Part shown: one piece after another, positions 18,216 to 26,738 of the stretch | Layout of the letters: the number at the start of each line of letters is the position of its first letter | Numbering within the stretch: the first letter of the stretch is position 1 | DNA from: an uncultured Xanthomonas sp. | GTDB lineage: Bacteria > Pseudomonadota > Gammaproteobacteria > Xanthomonadales > SZUA-5 | Reading direction: 5' to 3' | Assembly: GCA_964561825.1 (NCBI GenBank) | Contig: CAZLSB010000002.1 | Span: 1-52,886, forward strand | DNA: 52,886 nucleotides | The notes under the pieces: generated by a model | The model's database searches: none | Told to the model about the DNA's origin: nothing | The model's input: only the letters and a program-made list of their open reading frames with translations | Translations under genes and position numbers: made by a program

Positions 18216-20228
18216 ATGATGAGCGAGCAGACCACCCAATCGCCGTTATTAGAGGCCTTGGCCGATGCGGCTCCCGACGCGCTGCTGGCGGTTGATCAGG
18301 TCGGCAATATCCAGTTTGCCAATCGGGCGACGCTCCAAATGTTTCAATTCCTGGCCGCTGATCTGCTGGGCAAACCGATCGAAACGCTGATTCCCAAACG
18401 CTATCACGGCAAACACCGCGACGATCGCGCGCACTACGCGAAGAATCCGCACAGTCGACCGATGGGCCTCAATCAGGAATTGGTCGGTCGGCGTTCTGAC
18501 GGTTCTGAATTCCCGGTAGAAGTCAGTTTGAGTCCGCTCATGGTGGCCGGTGCGCACTTGGTGCTTGCCGCGGTGCGCGACGTGACGGACTTGAAGCGTA
18601 CGCGCGAGTTGTTATTGCGAAGTCAGCGCCAGGTGGCACTGACCAAGTTGGCTGAACAAGCCGTCAGCACCGCCGGCATCGAATCCTACTGCCAGGAAAC
18701 GCTGCGGGTTTTGGTTGAGCAACTCAAGCTCAGCCACGCCGGAATTTGTGAGCGCGGCCATCAGGGCCTGCATCTGCGTTTTGTTGGTGTGCATGGCTGG
18801 GCCGACCACGAAGCCTTGCAAGTCATCGAAAAAGCCTTGTCACCGGCGCGCTTACGGCGCTTTCTGGATGGTCACACGCCGCAGTTGCGCGTGGTGCCGC
18901 GGCGCTCCAAGAACGCTTGCGCCTCGCAAGTGTCCGGCTCGATTATTGCGCTGCGCGGACCGTCCAAAGTGCACGGATTTTTATCGGTCTTTCGCCCCAG
19001 TGACGCCCCCTTCAGTGACGATGAATGTCTATACGCACAGGGCGCTGCGCACTTGGCGGCCGCCGTTTTCGAGCGCCAGCACCATCAAGGTTTGTTGTTA
19101 CAGGCGTCCAAAATGGAGGCGCTTGGTCAGTTGACCGGTGGCGTGGCGCACGATTTCAATAATCTGTTGACGGTCATCGCTGGCAATCTACAAATTTTGG
19201 AAGACCTGCTACCCGATCGCCCAGATGCCTTGCAGTTGGTTGAATCGGCCACGCGGGCGGCTAAACGCGGCGCCGAATTGACGGGCAAGCTGCTCGCCTT
19301 CTCGCGCAAACGCCAGCTGACGGCGCAGGCGGTCGATTGCGTGCAACTGCTCACGGGTATGCGCGATTTGCTGCAGCGTACGCTGGGCGAAGGCATCGAA
19401 TTGCGTTATCGAATGGATCCGCAGTTGGCGCAGGCGCTGGCCGACGCCGGTCAATTGGAGAGCGCGGTGCTCAATCTGGCGCTGAACGCCCGCGATGCGA
19501 TGCCGCGTGGCGGCGCGCTGACGCTTTCGGCACACCCAGGCGAAGCAACCCGGTCAGGCCGCGGCGCCGATACCGTAGTCATTGAAGTGAGTGACAATGG
19601 GCACGGCATGAGTCGTGAGGTCATCACGCGTGCGCTGGAGCCCTTTTTTACCACCAAAGCCGCTGGCAAGGGCACCGGACTTGGCCTCAGCATGGTGTAC
19701 GGTTTTGTGCGCCAATGGGGTGGCGACGTGCGCATCTACAGCGAACCGCGCATGGGCACTACTGTGCGTCTGCTGCTGCCTGCCGCGCCGAACGCGCAAA
19801 GCCCAGCGCCAGCGCAGCCGCGCGGCACTCAACTGCGCGGTCGCGAGCATCTGTTGGTGGTTGAAGACGATCCGGAAGTCGCCAACATCGCCCAGACCCA
19901 ATTGCGCTCGCTCGGCTATCGGATCACACCAGCGGCCAATATTGATGGCGCGTTGGCCGCCTTGGCCAAGCACCAGGACATCGTCTTGGTTTTTACTGAC
20001 GTTGTGTTGTTGGGTGGCGAAACCGGTTTCCAGCTGGGCGATCGCTTGCGCAAAGATCGACCCTTGCTGCCCATCTTGTACAGCTCTGGGTATGCGGAGG
20101 CGGCGCTGGAGGACCATTTTGGCAACAACCCCGAGCGCCCCCGCATCCTTGCCAAACCGTATGCGCGCGAAGAGTTGGGCGCGGCGGTGCGCGCGCTGAT
20201 CGACAAGGCAGCCCTGCTGCCGAGCTAG
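18216..20228 (+). CDS. Cytoplasmic PAS-containing hybrid sensor histidine kinase (PAS, central sensor-like region, HisKA, HATPase, receiver)
   Basis: 670 aa with no obvious TM segment. H-box GGVAHDFNNLLTVI, N/G boxes (LNLALNARDAM, GTGLGLSMV) and a C-terminal receiver (LLVVEDD..., FTDVVLLGG, KPY). Confidence 0.88.
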   Translation: MMSEQTTQSPLLEALADAAPDALLAVDQVGNIQFANRATLQMFQFLAADLLGKPIETLIPKRYHGKHRDDRAHYAKNPHSRPMGLNQELVGRRSDGSEFPVEVSLSPLMVAGAHLVLAAVRDVTDLKRTRELLLRSQRQVALTKLAEQAVSTAGIESYCQETLRVLVEQLKLSHAGICERGHQGLHLRFVGVHGWADHEALQVIEKALSPARLRRFLDGHTPQLRVVPRRSKNACASQVSGSIIALRGPSKVHGFLSVFRPSDAPFSDDECLYAQGAAHLAAAVFERQHHQGLLLQASKMEALGQLTGGVAHDFNNLLTVIAGNLQILEDLLPDRPDALQLVESATRAAKRGAELTGKLLAFSRKRQLTAQAVDCVQLLTGMRDLLQRTLGEGIELRYRMDPQLAQALADAGQLESAVLNLALNARDAMPRGGALTLSAHPGEATRSGRGADTVVIEVSDNGHGMSREVITRALEPFFTTKAAGKGTGLGLSMVYGFVRQWGGDVRIYSEPRMGTTVRLLLPAAPNAQSPAPAQPRGTQLRGREHLLVVEDDPEVANIAQTQLRSLGYRITPAANIDGALAALAKHQDIVLVFTDVVLLGGETGFQLGDRLRKDRPLLPILYSSGYAEAALEDHFGNNPERPRILAKPYAREELGAAVRALIDKAALLPS

Positions 20229-20620
20229 GCTTCGGGTCGGGTGCTTTGTTCGATTGAGCGCAAAAAATCACCGACGCGCAGCGGCTTTCTTTGCACGCGG
20301 ATCACTTTGGCGACCACCGCGGCGCGTTGCAGATCGTTGCCTGGATCGGAACTCAATAACATCACCGGCACCGGATTGCGCGACGCGCCGACCCGCCGGG
20401 CGAGTTCCAATCCGTCCATGCCAGGCAAATCGCTATCGGTGACCAAGCAATCAAAATGCATGGTTGTCGCGACGTACTCAAAGCGCTCGGCGCTGACAAA
20501 CGCAGCGCAGCGATAGCCAGCCCGCTGCAATAAGGATTGAATAAACTCGCGCACATCGGCGTCCGGCTCAACCACGCCAATCAAGGGCGCGCACGCCGCT
20601 TGTTCTACGTGATTGCTCAT
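20225..20620 (-). CDS. Single-domain (CheY-like) response regulator receiver
   Basis: 131 aa. Receiver fold motifs are present (VTDSDLPGMDGLEL and QRKPL). It starts 2 nt after the fnr stop. Confidence 0.75.
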   Translation of the reverse strand: MSNHVEQAACAPLIGVVEPDADVREFIQSLLQRAGYRCAAFVSAERFEYVATTMHFDCLVTDSDLPGMDGLELARRVGASRNPVPVMLLSSDPGNDLQRAAVVAKVIRVQRKPLRVGDFLRSIEQSTRPEA

Positions 20621-20622
20621 GA

Positions 20623-21393
20623 TCAGTGCGCCAGCCGTCGCGTGATCGGCGCCGCGGGTCGCACATGCAGGCCTGCCAGCGTCCGCAGTTTATTAACTTC
20701 GCGAATGCGCACGCCCCGTTTGACCACTTCGATCACGCCTTCGCGATGCAGTTTTGACAGCGTTCGACTGACTGTTTCTAACTTCAAGCCCAGATAGCTG
20801 CCAATTTCCTCGCGGGTCATCGGCATGCCGATGGCACTTCCGCAAACGCTGTCGGCGGCGGCGCGTTCGGACAAGTCGATGAGGAATTGCGCAAGCCGTT
20901 CTTCTGCCCGCAAGGAACCGAGCAACAATAGCGTGGACTGTTCGCGACGAATCTGACCGCTCAGCATCCGATACAGCGCGGCTTGGATACGTGGCACTGA
21001 CTGACCATGGCGTTCCAGCACCGAAAATGGCAGTTCGCAGACCACCGTGTCTTCCAGTGCGGTCGATGAACTAGCGTGCTGATGCAAACCCACCGAATCC
21101 AAACCGACCAGATCGCCGGCTAAGAAAAAACCGCTGATCTGTTCGCGACCATCCTCGGTCAGCATAGTGACTTTCAGCATGCCGCTGCGCACCGCAAACA
21201 GAGATTCAAAGGAACCCGAGACATGAAACAAATAGTCACCACGGGCCAGATGTCGCTCTTTCAGGTCAGGGAAATCCCGTAAATCAAGCCGCAAGCCACT
21301 GGTGATCGTACCGAGCACGCACGGCTGTACACAATGACCGCAAACGCCTTCTCCGCACCGTTTCCCTGCTGTGATCGCCATTTTCGTCTCCAA
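20623..21393 (-). CDS. fnr: Crp/Fnr family transcriptional regulator with an N-terminal Cys cluster (FNR/ANR type)
   Basis: 256 aa. N-terminal CGEGVCGHCVQPC plus an internal Cys (VVCELPF), a cNMP-like beta-barrel, and the C-terminal HTH TREEIGSYLGLKLETVSRTLSKL. Confidence 0.8.
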   Translation of the reverse strand: METKMAITAGKRCGEGVCGHCVQPCVLGTITSGLRLDLRDFPDLKERHLARGDYLFHVSGSFESLFAVRSGMLKVTMLTEDGREQISGFFLAGDLVGLDSVGLHQHASSSTALEDTVVCELPFSVLERHGQSVPRIQAALYRMLSGQIRREQSTLLLLGSLRAEERLAQFLIDLSERAAADSVCGSAIGMPMTREEIGSYLGLKLETVSRTLSKLHREGVIEVVKRGVRIREVNKLRTLAGLHVRPAAPITRRLAH

Positions 21394-21698
21394 CGTGAGC
21401 TTGTTGCGCTGTCTAGAAGCCTAGGTAAGTCCGTGCAACAAAGCCGACACCGTTGCGTCACGCTGAGTAACAACAAGTAACAGACGGGTTTGGATCAACA
21501 TTGCATGCAGAGGAATGTGGGTCTGGCCAGCGAGGTGCATTGCGGTTAATTTCCACCCCAGGCGCTCGGCCGCTAATCGAGAGATTCATCTGGGGTGCAA
21601 CCGGGCGTCGGTGCGGCAGCCAACATTGCAGCCGCCTTCACGGAACTTTCATCATGTCTTTGACGCAATTAGCAATCCTGACTTAACGCCCTGACGCC

Positions 21699-23246
21699 AT
21701 GACCGACGCCATCGCTCCGCGTGTGACCGCTGTAGACCGTTTCCTCAATCGCGTTGAACGGATTGGCAATGCGCTGCCTGACCCGACGACGCTATTTGCG
21801 CTGATGGCGCTGGGGGTCATCGCGCTGTCCGCCTTGGTGGCTTGGTTTGATGTGGTAGCTACCCACCCAAAAACTGGCGCGGAAGTGCGTGTGGTCAGTT
21901 TGCTGACCATCGAGGGGTTGCACCGGATCATGACCGGGCTGGTCACCAACTTTACCAATTTCGCGCCGCTGGGTACCGTTCTGGTTGCGCTGATCGGCAT
22001 TGGTGTCGCCGAAGTCAGCGGCTTTATTGGCGCGCTGATGCGGTTACTGGTGTTGAATGCGCCACGCGTGCTGTTGACGCCGATCGTGGTGTTTTGCGGC
22101 GTATTGAGCAACGCCGCCAGTGAAGTCGGCTACGTTTTGCTGGTGCCACTGGCTGGGCTGATTTTTCTGGCCGCGGGACGTCACCCGGTGGTGGGTGTTG
22201 CCGCCGCCTTCGCTGGTGTCTCCGGTGGCTACAGCGCCAATCTGGTGCTCGGCACCATTGACCCTTTGTTGTCCGGGCTGACTCAAGAGGCTGCGCGCAT
22301 CGTCGATCCTGCCTACGTGGTGTCGCCAATGGCCAACTACTACTTCATGTTTGTGTCGACTTTCCTGATTACCGGCCTGGGTTGGTGGGTCACTGAGCGG
22401 ATCGTTGCGCCGCGTTTTGTTGCCTACGATGGCGAACGCAGCGAACAAGATCAGGTGCAGCCGTTGTCGGCTTTGGAGCGCCGTGGATTGAAATGGGCGG
22501 GCAGCGTTGCCGTGCTATTGATTGCGTTGGTGATCTGGGGACTGGTGCCAGAAAACGGTTTCCTGCGCAAAATCGGCGCAACGGGTAACGATGCGGTGTT
22601 GCAGTCGCCATTTCTGGTCGGGATCGTCGCCTTTATCTTCGTGGCCGGCGTTGCGCTTGGTATCGCCTATGGCGCTGCAGCCGGCACCATCAAGAACGAT
22701 CGCGACATCGTGCGCGGCATGAGCCAACAAATGAGCACACTGGGTGGCTACATGGTGCTGGTGTTTTTCGCCGCGCAGTTTGTCGCCTTCTTCAATTGGA
22801 CCAACCTAGGGTTGGTTATTGCCATTGAGGGCGCGGCCTTGTTGGGCGCCATGGGGCTGCATCAGATTCCGCTGATGTTGGCGTTCATCTTGCTGTGCGC
22901 GGCGATCAATCTTGCGATGGGCTCGGCGAGCGCCAAATGGGCGCTGATGGCGCCGGTTTTCGTGCCGATGTTCATGCTGCTCGGCTATCCACCGGAGGTC
23001 ACGCAGAACGCCTATCGCATCGGCGATTCAGTGACCAACATCATCTCGCCGATGATGAGTTACTTTGCGTTGATCATCGCCTTTTTACAGCGCTACATCC
23101 CTAACGCGGGCATTGGCACCCTGGTATCCACCATGTTGCCGTATTCCATCGTCTTTCTGATTGGCTGGTCGGCTCTATTCGTCATTTGGATCACGCTGGG
23201 AATCCCAGTGGGCCCCGGTTCGCCGGTGACGTTGTTGACACCGTAA
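21699..23246 (+). CDS. AbgT family transporter (p-aminobenzoyl-glutamate/MtrF-like)
   Basis: 515 aa and polytopic. The N-terminus ([23 protein letters not shown]) is characteristic of AbgT. Confidence 0.85.
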   Translation: MTDAIAPRVTAVDRFLNRVERIGNALPDPTTLFALMALGVIALSALVAWFDVVATHPKTGAEVRVVSLLTIEGLHRIMTGLVTNFTNFAPLGTVLVALIGIGVAEVSGFIGALMRLLVLNAPRVLLTPIVVFCGVLSNAASEVGYVLLVPLAGLIFLAAGRHPVVGVAAAFAGVSGGYSANLVLGTIDPLLSGLTQEAARIVDPAYVVSPMANYYFMFVSTFLITGLGWWVTERIVAPRFVAYDGERSEQDQVQPLSALERRGLKWAGSVAVLLIALVIWGLVPENGFLRKIGATGNDAVLQSPFLVGIVAFIFVAGVALGIAYGAAAGTIKNDRDIVRGMSQQMSTLGGYMVLVFFAAQFVAFFNWTNLGLVIAIEGAALLGAMGLHQIPLMLAFILLCAAINLAMGSASAKWALMAPVFVPMFMLLGYPPEVTQNAYRIGDSVTNIISPMMSYFALIIAFLQRYIPNAGIGTLVSTMLPYSIVFLIGWSALFVIWITLGIPVGPGSPVTLLTP

Positions 23247-23297
23247 GGGGCGGGGAACGGGCCGGGTGCGAGTCAAACTGATGTGCTGATCCATGGC

Positions 23298-23417
23298 TCT
23301 GGGCCGGCGCTGTGCGCGGACGCTGGTCCTGAATGGTGGGGGAGAAGCGTTCGATCACAGATCGAACCCACCAAAGGCTTAGGTCTGGGCCGGCGCTGTG
23401 CGCTGACGCTGGTCCTG
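23298..23417 (+). repeat. Dispersed intergenic repeat, family R1 (copy 2, composite)
   Basis: A 34-bp direct repeat TCTGGGCCGGCGCTGTGCGC(G/T)GACGCTGGTCCTG (23298..23331 and 23384..23417) flanks the core. The core carries the hairpin GTTCGATC-aca-GATCGAAC (23349..23367). Confidence 0.85.
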
Positions 23418-23476
23418 CCGCGGGCCGCACCCGAACGCCGCGCCTGCCGCACATGGCATCATCGGCGACCCGGTTT

Positions 23477-23507
23477 CCCGTGTCCCGTGTCCCGTGCCCC
23501 GTGCCCC
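23477..23507. repeat. Tandem heptamer repeat (CCCGTGT)2(CCCGTGC)2CCC
   Basis: Four head-to-tail 7-bp units. The GTG used as the start of the carbamoyltransferase ORF (23494) lies inside the third unit. Confidence 0.9.
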
Positions 23508-25395
23508 GATTTCGCTGAACGCGTCGCGTGGCGCGCGCCCCTTGTTCATCCTCGGCATTTCCGCCTATTTCCATGACAGCGCCGCCGCGTTATTGCGCGA
23601 CGGCCAGATCGTGGCTGCCGCGCAGGAAGAGCGTTTCAGTCGCGTCAAACACGATGCGCGTTTTCCCAGCCTAGCGGTGCGCTATTGCTTGCAAGCCGGC
23701 GACGTGGAACTGGCCGATGTTGATCACGTGGTGTTCTTCGAAAAGCCATTTTTGAAGTTCGAACGGCTGCTGGAAACCTACCTAGCGTTTGCGCCACGCG
23801 GGTTTGCCAGCTTTGCGACCGCAATGCCCATCTGGCTGCGCGATAAGTTGTTCCAGAAAAAGCTGATCGCCGATGAGTTGGCACTGATTGGCGCTGAGCG
23901 CGCGGCTCCAGCAAAGCAGCCCTTCGCCCTAAAAAACCCACTGGCCTTTTCCGAACACCATTTGAGCCACGCGGCGAGCGCTTTTTATCCATCGCCGTTC
24001 GATCGCGCTTTGGTGCTGACGATGGATGGTGTGGGCGAATGGGCCACCGGCACCGCGGCAATCGGGCAGGGCAGCCAGCTCGACATCGTGCGCGAAATGC
24101 ACTTCCCGCATTCCTTGGGATTGTTGTACTCGGCGTTCACCACCTATTGCGGCTTTCGGGTTAATTCGGGCGAATACAAATTGATGGGTTTGGCACCCTA
24201 CGGCCAGCCCAAATACGTCAAGCAGATTCGCGAACAGCTCATCGATATCAAGCCAGATGGCAGTTTTCGGCTCAATTTGGATTATTTCGACTATTGCACT
24301 GGGCTGTCGATGACCAGCGCGCGATTCCACGCGCTGTTTGGCGGCCCACCACGCGCAGCGGAGGCATTGATCGAAGCGCGGCATTTGGATCTGGCCGCCT
24401 CGATTCAACAAGTCACTGAAGAAATCGTGCTGCGTTTGGCGACGTCCTTGCGTCAGCAAACCGGCGAACGCAATTTGTGCTTGGCAGGTGGCGTGGCGCT
24501 GAACTGCGTCGCCAATGGCAAATTACTGCGTGAAGCGGGGTTTGAACATATTTGGATTCAGCCCGCCGCTGGTGATGCCGGCGGTGCGCTGGGCGCGGCT
24601 CTGGCGCTTTGGCATCGCGTTTTGCGCGCGCCGCGCAATGCCCTGGGTGTGGGTGGTGATGGCATGGCCGGCGCTTTTCTGGGGCCACAATTTGACGACG
24701 ATACGATCGCGGCGACGCTCGATCGGTTGGGCGCGGTGTACCGACGCTTGTCCGATCAGGAGCTGATCGCCAGCGCCGCGGCCGATCTGGCCGATGGTCA
24801 GGCGCTTGCTTGGTTTCAGGGACGCGCCGAATATGGCCCACGCGCACTGGGCAATCGCTCGATTTTGGCTGATCCACGGCGCGCCGATACGCAATCGGTA
24901 TTAAACCTAAAGGTTAAGTTTCGCGAGTCGTTCCGGCCATTCGCGCCAGCGGTGTTGGCCGAACATGTGCACGACTACTTTGATCTGAGCGCGCCCAGTC
25001 CGTACATGCTGATCGTTGCACCGGTTAAAGCGCAATGCCGATTGCCGGTCGACAGCAGCGCAACCGGCCTGGATCGCCTCAAACAAATCCGTTCAACGAT
25101 CCCCGCGGTCACCCACGTCGATTATTCGGCGCGTGTGCAAACCGTACGCGCCGACAGCCATCCACGCTTCCATGCTTTATTGACCCAGTTTCATGCGTGC
25201 ACCGGATGCGCGGCACTGGTCAATACCAGTTTCAATGTGCGCGGCGAACCGGTGGTCGGCTCCCCCGAAGATGCCTTCCGTTGTTTTATGGGCACCCATT
25301 TGGATCGACTGGCGATCGGCAATTGTTATCTGCGCAAATCCGAGCAAAACGATCAATTGGCCAGCAATTACGCGCATTTGTTGCCGGCGGATTGA
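23494..25395 (+). CDS. Carbamoyltransferase, NodU/CmcH family
   Basis: ILGISAYFHDSAAALLRDGQIVAAAQEERFSRVKHD is the typical N-terminus of the family, and the protein is about 620 aa. The start is uncertain: GTG 23494 lies inside the heptamer repeat, and TTG 23542 immediately precedes the conserved N-terminus. Confidence 0.85.
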   Translation: MPRAPISLNASRGARPLFILGISAYFHDSAAALLRDGQIVAAAQEERFSRVKHDARFPSLAVRYCLQAGDVELADVDHVVFFEKPFLKFERLLETYLAFAPRGFASFATAMPIWLRDKLFQKKLIADELALIGAERAAPAKQPFALKNPLAFSEHHLSHAASAFYPSPFDRALVLTMDGVGEWATGTAAIGQGSQLDIVREMHFPHSLGLLYSAFTTYCGFRVNSGEYKLMGLAPYGQPKYVKQIREQLIDIKPDGSFRLNLDYFDYCTGLSMTSARFHALFGGPPRAAEALIEARHLDLAASIQQVTEEIVLRLATSLRQQTGERNLCLAGGVALNCVANGKLLREAGFEHIWIQPAAGDAGGALGAALALWHRVLRAPRNALGVGGDGMAGAFLGPQFDDDTIAATLDRLGAVYRRLSDQELIASAAADLADGQALAWFQGRAEYGPRALGNRSILADPRRADTQSVLNLKVKFRESFRPFAPAVLAEHVHDYFDLSAPSPYMLIVAPVKAQCRLPVDSSATGLDRLKQIRSTIPAVTHVDYSARVQTVRADSHPRFHALLTQFHACTGCAALVNTSFNVRGEPVVGSPEDAFRCFMGTHLDRLAIGNCYLRKSEQNDQLASNYAHLLPAD

Positions 25396-25414
25396 GCACA
25401 GCGTGCGCTGTAGA

Positions 25415-25433
25415 GGCGGGTTGCAAACCCGCC
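25415..25433. other. Stem-loop downstream of the carbamoyltransferase (8-bp stem, 3-nt loop)
   Basis: GGCGGGTT-gca-AACCCGCC lies 20 nt after the stop. It has no U-tract, so its role as a terminator is uncertain. Confidence 0.4.
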
Positions 25434-25581
25434 CTGGCACCTTGTTACGCGAAAACCCTTGACCGCGCCACGCAGCGCTCGCTAGCGCACGGTGCTCAAG
25501 CTTCCCGCCACTGAGAATGCTGCTGTAAGGATTTGTAAGGGAAACCTGAATTGGGCAGTGCCAAAGGGAACTCTGGAGGCT

Positions 25582-25606
25582 TAGCACTCTCCAAGCGAGA
25601 GTGCTA
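25582..25606. promoter_or_regulatory. Perfect 10+10 palindrome spanning the candidate rpoH promoter
   Basis: TAGCACTCTC-caagc-GAGAGTGCTA. It overlaps a candidate -35 TTAGCA (25581..25586) and -10 TAAAAT (25605..25610), about 60 nt upstream of the rpoH ATG. Confidence 0.4.
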
Positions 25607-25665
25607 AAATGCGCCCATCAGGCACGGGTCACCGACCCCTAGCCCTACCGATTAAGGAGTTAGCG

Positions 25666-26526
25666 ATGACAACGCACGCAATGGTCGCAAACAATCTGCC
25701 GATTCTTGGATCAGTGGGCAGTCTCGATTCGTATATTGGGGCGGTTTACCGTATTCCTATTCTGGCCGTCGAAGACGAGCAGGAACTGGCTCGTCGTTTC
25801 CGTGACGACGCCGATCTGGAAGCGGCGCGCCAGTTGGTGATGTCGCATCTGCGTTTTGTGGTGCACGTGGCGCGTGGTTATGCCGGTTATGGCTTGGGTA
25901 TCTCGGACTTGATTCAGGAAGGCAATATTGGCCTGATGAAAGCGGTCAAACGCTTCGACCCGACTATGGGCGTGCGTCTGGTGTCGTTTGCGGTGCATTG
26001 GATTCGCGCCGAAATTCATGAGTTCATTTTGCGTAATTGGCGCATTGTCAAAGTGGCGACCACCAAAGCACAGCGCAAACTGTTCTTCAATTTGCGCCGC
26101 GCCAAAACGCGTCTGGGTTGGATGAACGCGCAAGAAGTCCAGACAGTTGCCAAGGATTTGGGTGTGGATCCAGCGACGGTGGTGGAGATGGAGGCGCGCT
26201 TGCAAGGTCAAGATGTCGCTTTTGACGCACCCGGTGACGACGATACCGATGCGCGGCCGGCACCAATTGCCTTTTTGATTGATCAAGCGGCTAACCCGTA
26301 TGAAAGCCTGGAAACCTCTGACGCCGGTGAGCGCCATTTAGATTCTTTGGCCGAAGGCCTGGAAAAACTCGACCCGCGCAGCCGTGACATTGTCAGTCGG
26401 CGCTGGTTGGCAGAGCCCAAATCTACGCTGCAAGAACTCGCCGACGAGTACAAAGTATCCGCCGAGCGGATCCGCCAGATCGAAGCTGCGGCGTTTAAAA
26501 AAATGCGCAGCATGTTCGCCGATTGA
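25666..26526 (+). CDS. rpoH: RNA polymerase sigma-32 (heat-shock sigma factor)
   Basis: ATG at 25666 is preceded by AAGGAG. Region 2 reads DLIQEGNIGLMKAVKRFDP, and the RpoH box QRKLFFNLR is present. Confidence 0.93.
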   Translation: MTTHAMVANNLPILGSVGSLDSYIGAVYRIPILAVEDEQELARRFRDDADLEAARQLVMSHLRFVVHVARGYAGYGLGISDLIQEGNIGLMKAVKRFDPTMGVRLVSFAVHWIRAEIHEFILRNWRIVKVATTKAQRKLFFNLRRAKTRLGWMNAQEVQTVAKDLGVDPATVVEMEARLQGQDVAFDAPGDDDTDARPAPIAFLIDQAANPYESLETSDAGERHLDSLAEGLEKLDPRSRDIVSRRWLAEPKSTLQELADEYKVSAERIRQIEAAAFKKMRSMFAD

Positions 26527-26738
26527 TACCCAACGGCTGAGGCTGGCGGGCAGCGCCCTGCTCTTGATTTTTCTCCAGCGCCACCCCACTCGGGGTGTGC
26601 GCTTGCTTGCGGGTTATTCGAAGCGCGCGTAGCCGTGCGATAATCGCCGGCTGCGCGCCGTCATTTGGCGGAATTGCCAATCCAACGCGTTCTAGCGCGC
26701 TCACCAGACACCACACTTCCCCTGAAGGACGATTCAGC

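Noticed and set aside
25435-25450. TGGCAC-cttgt-TACGC upstream of rpoH as a possible sigma-54 promoter (E. coli rpoH has a sigma-54 promoter).
   Set aside because: The -12 element is out of register: CG occupies the position where GC is required, and there is no TTGC. The match is a single half-element only.
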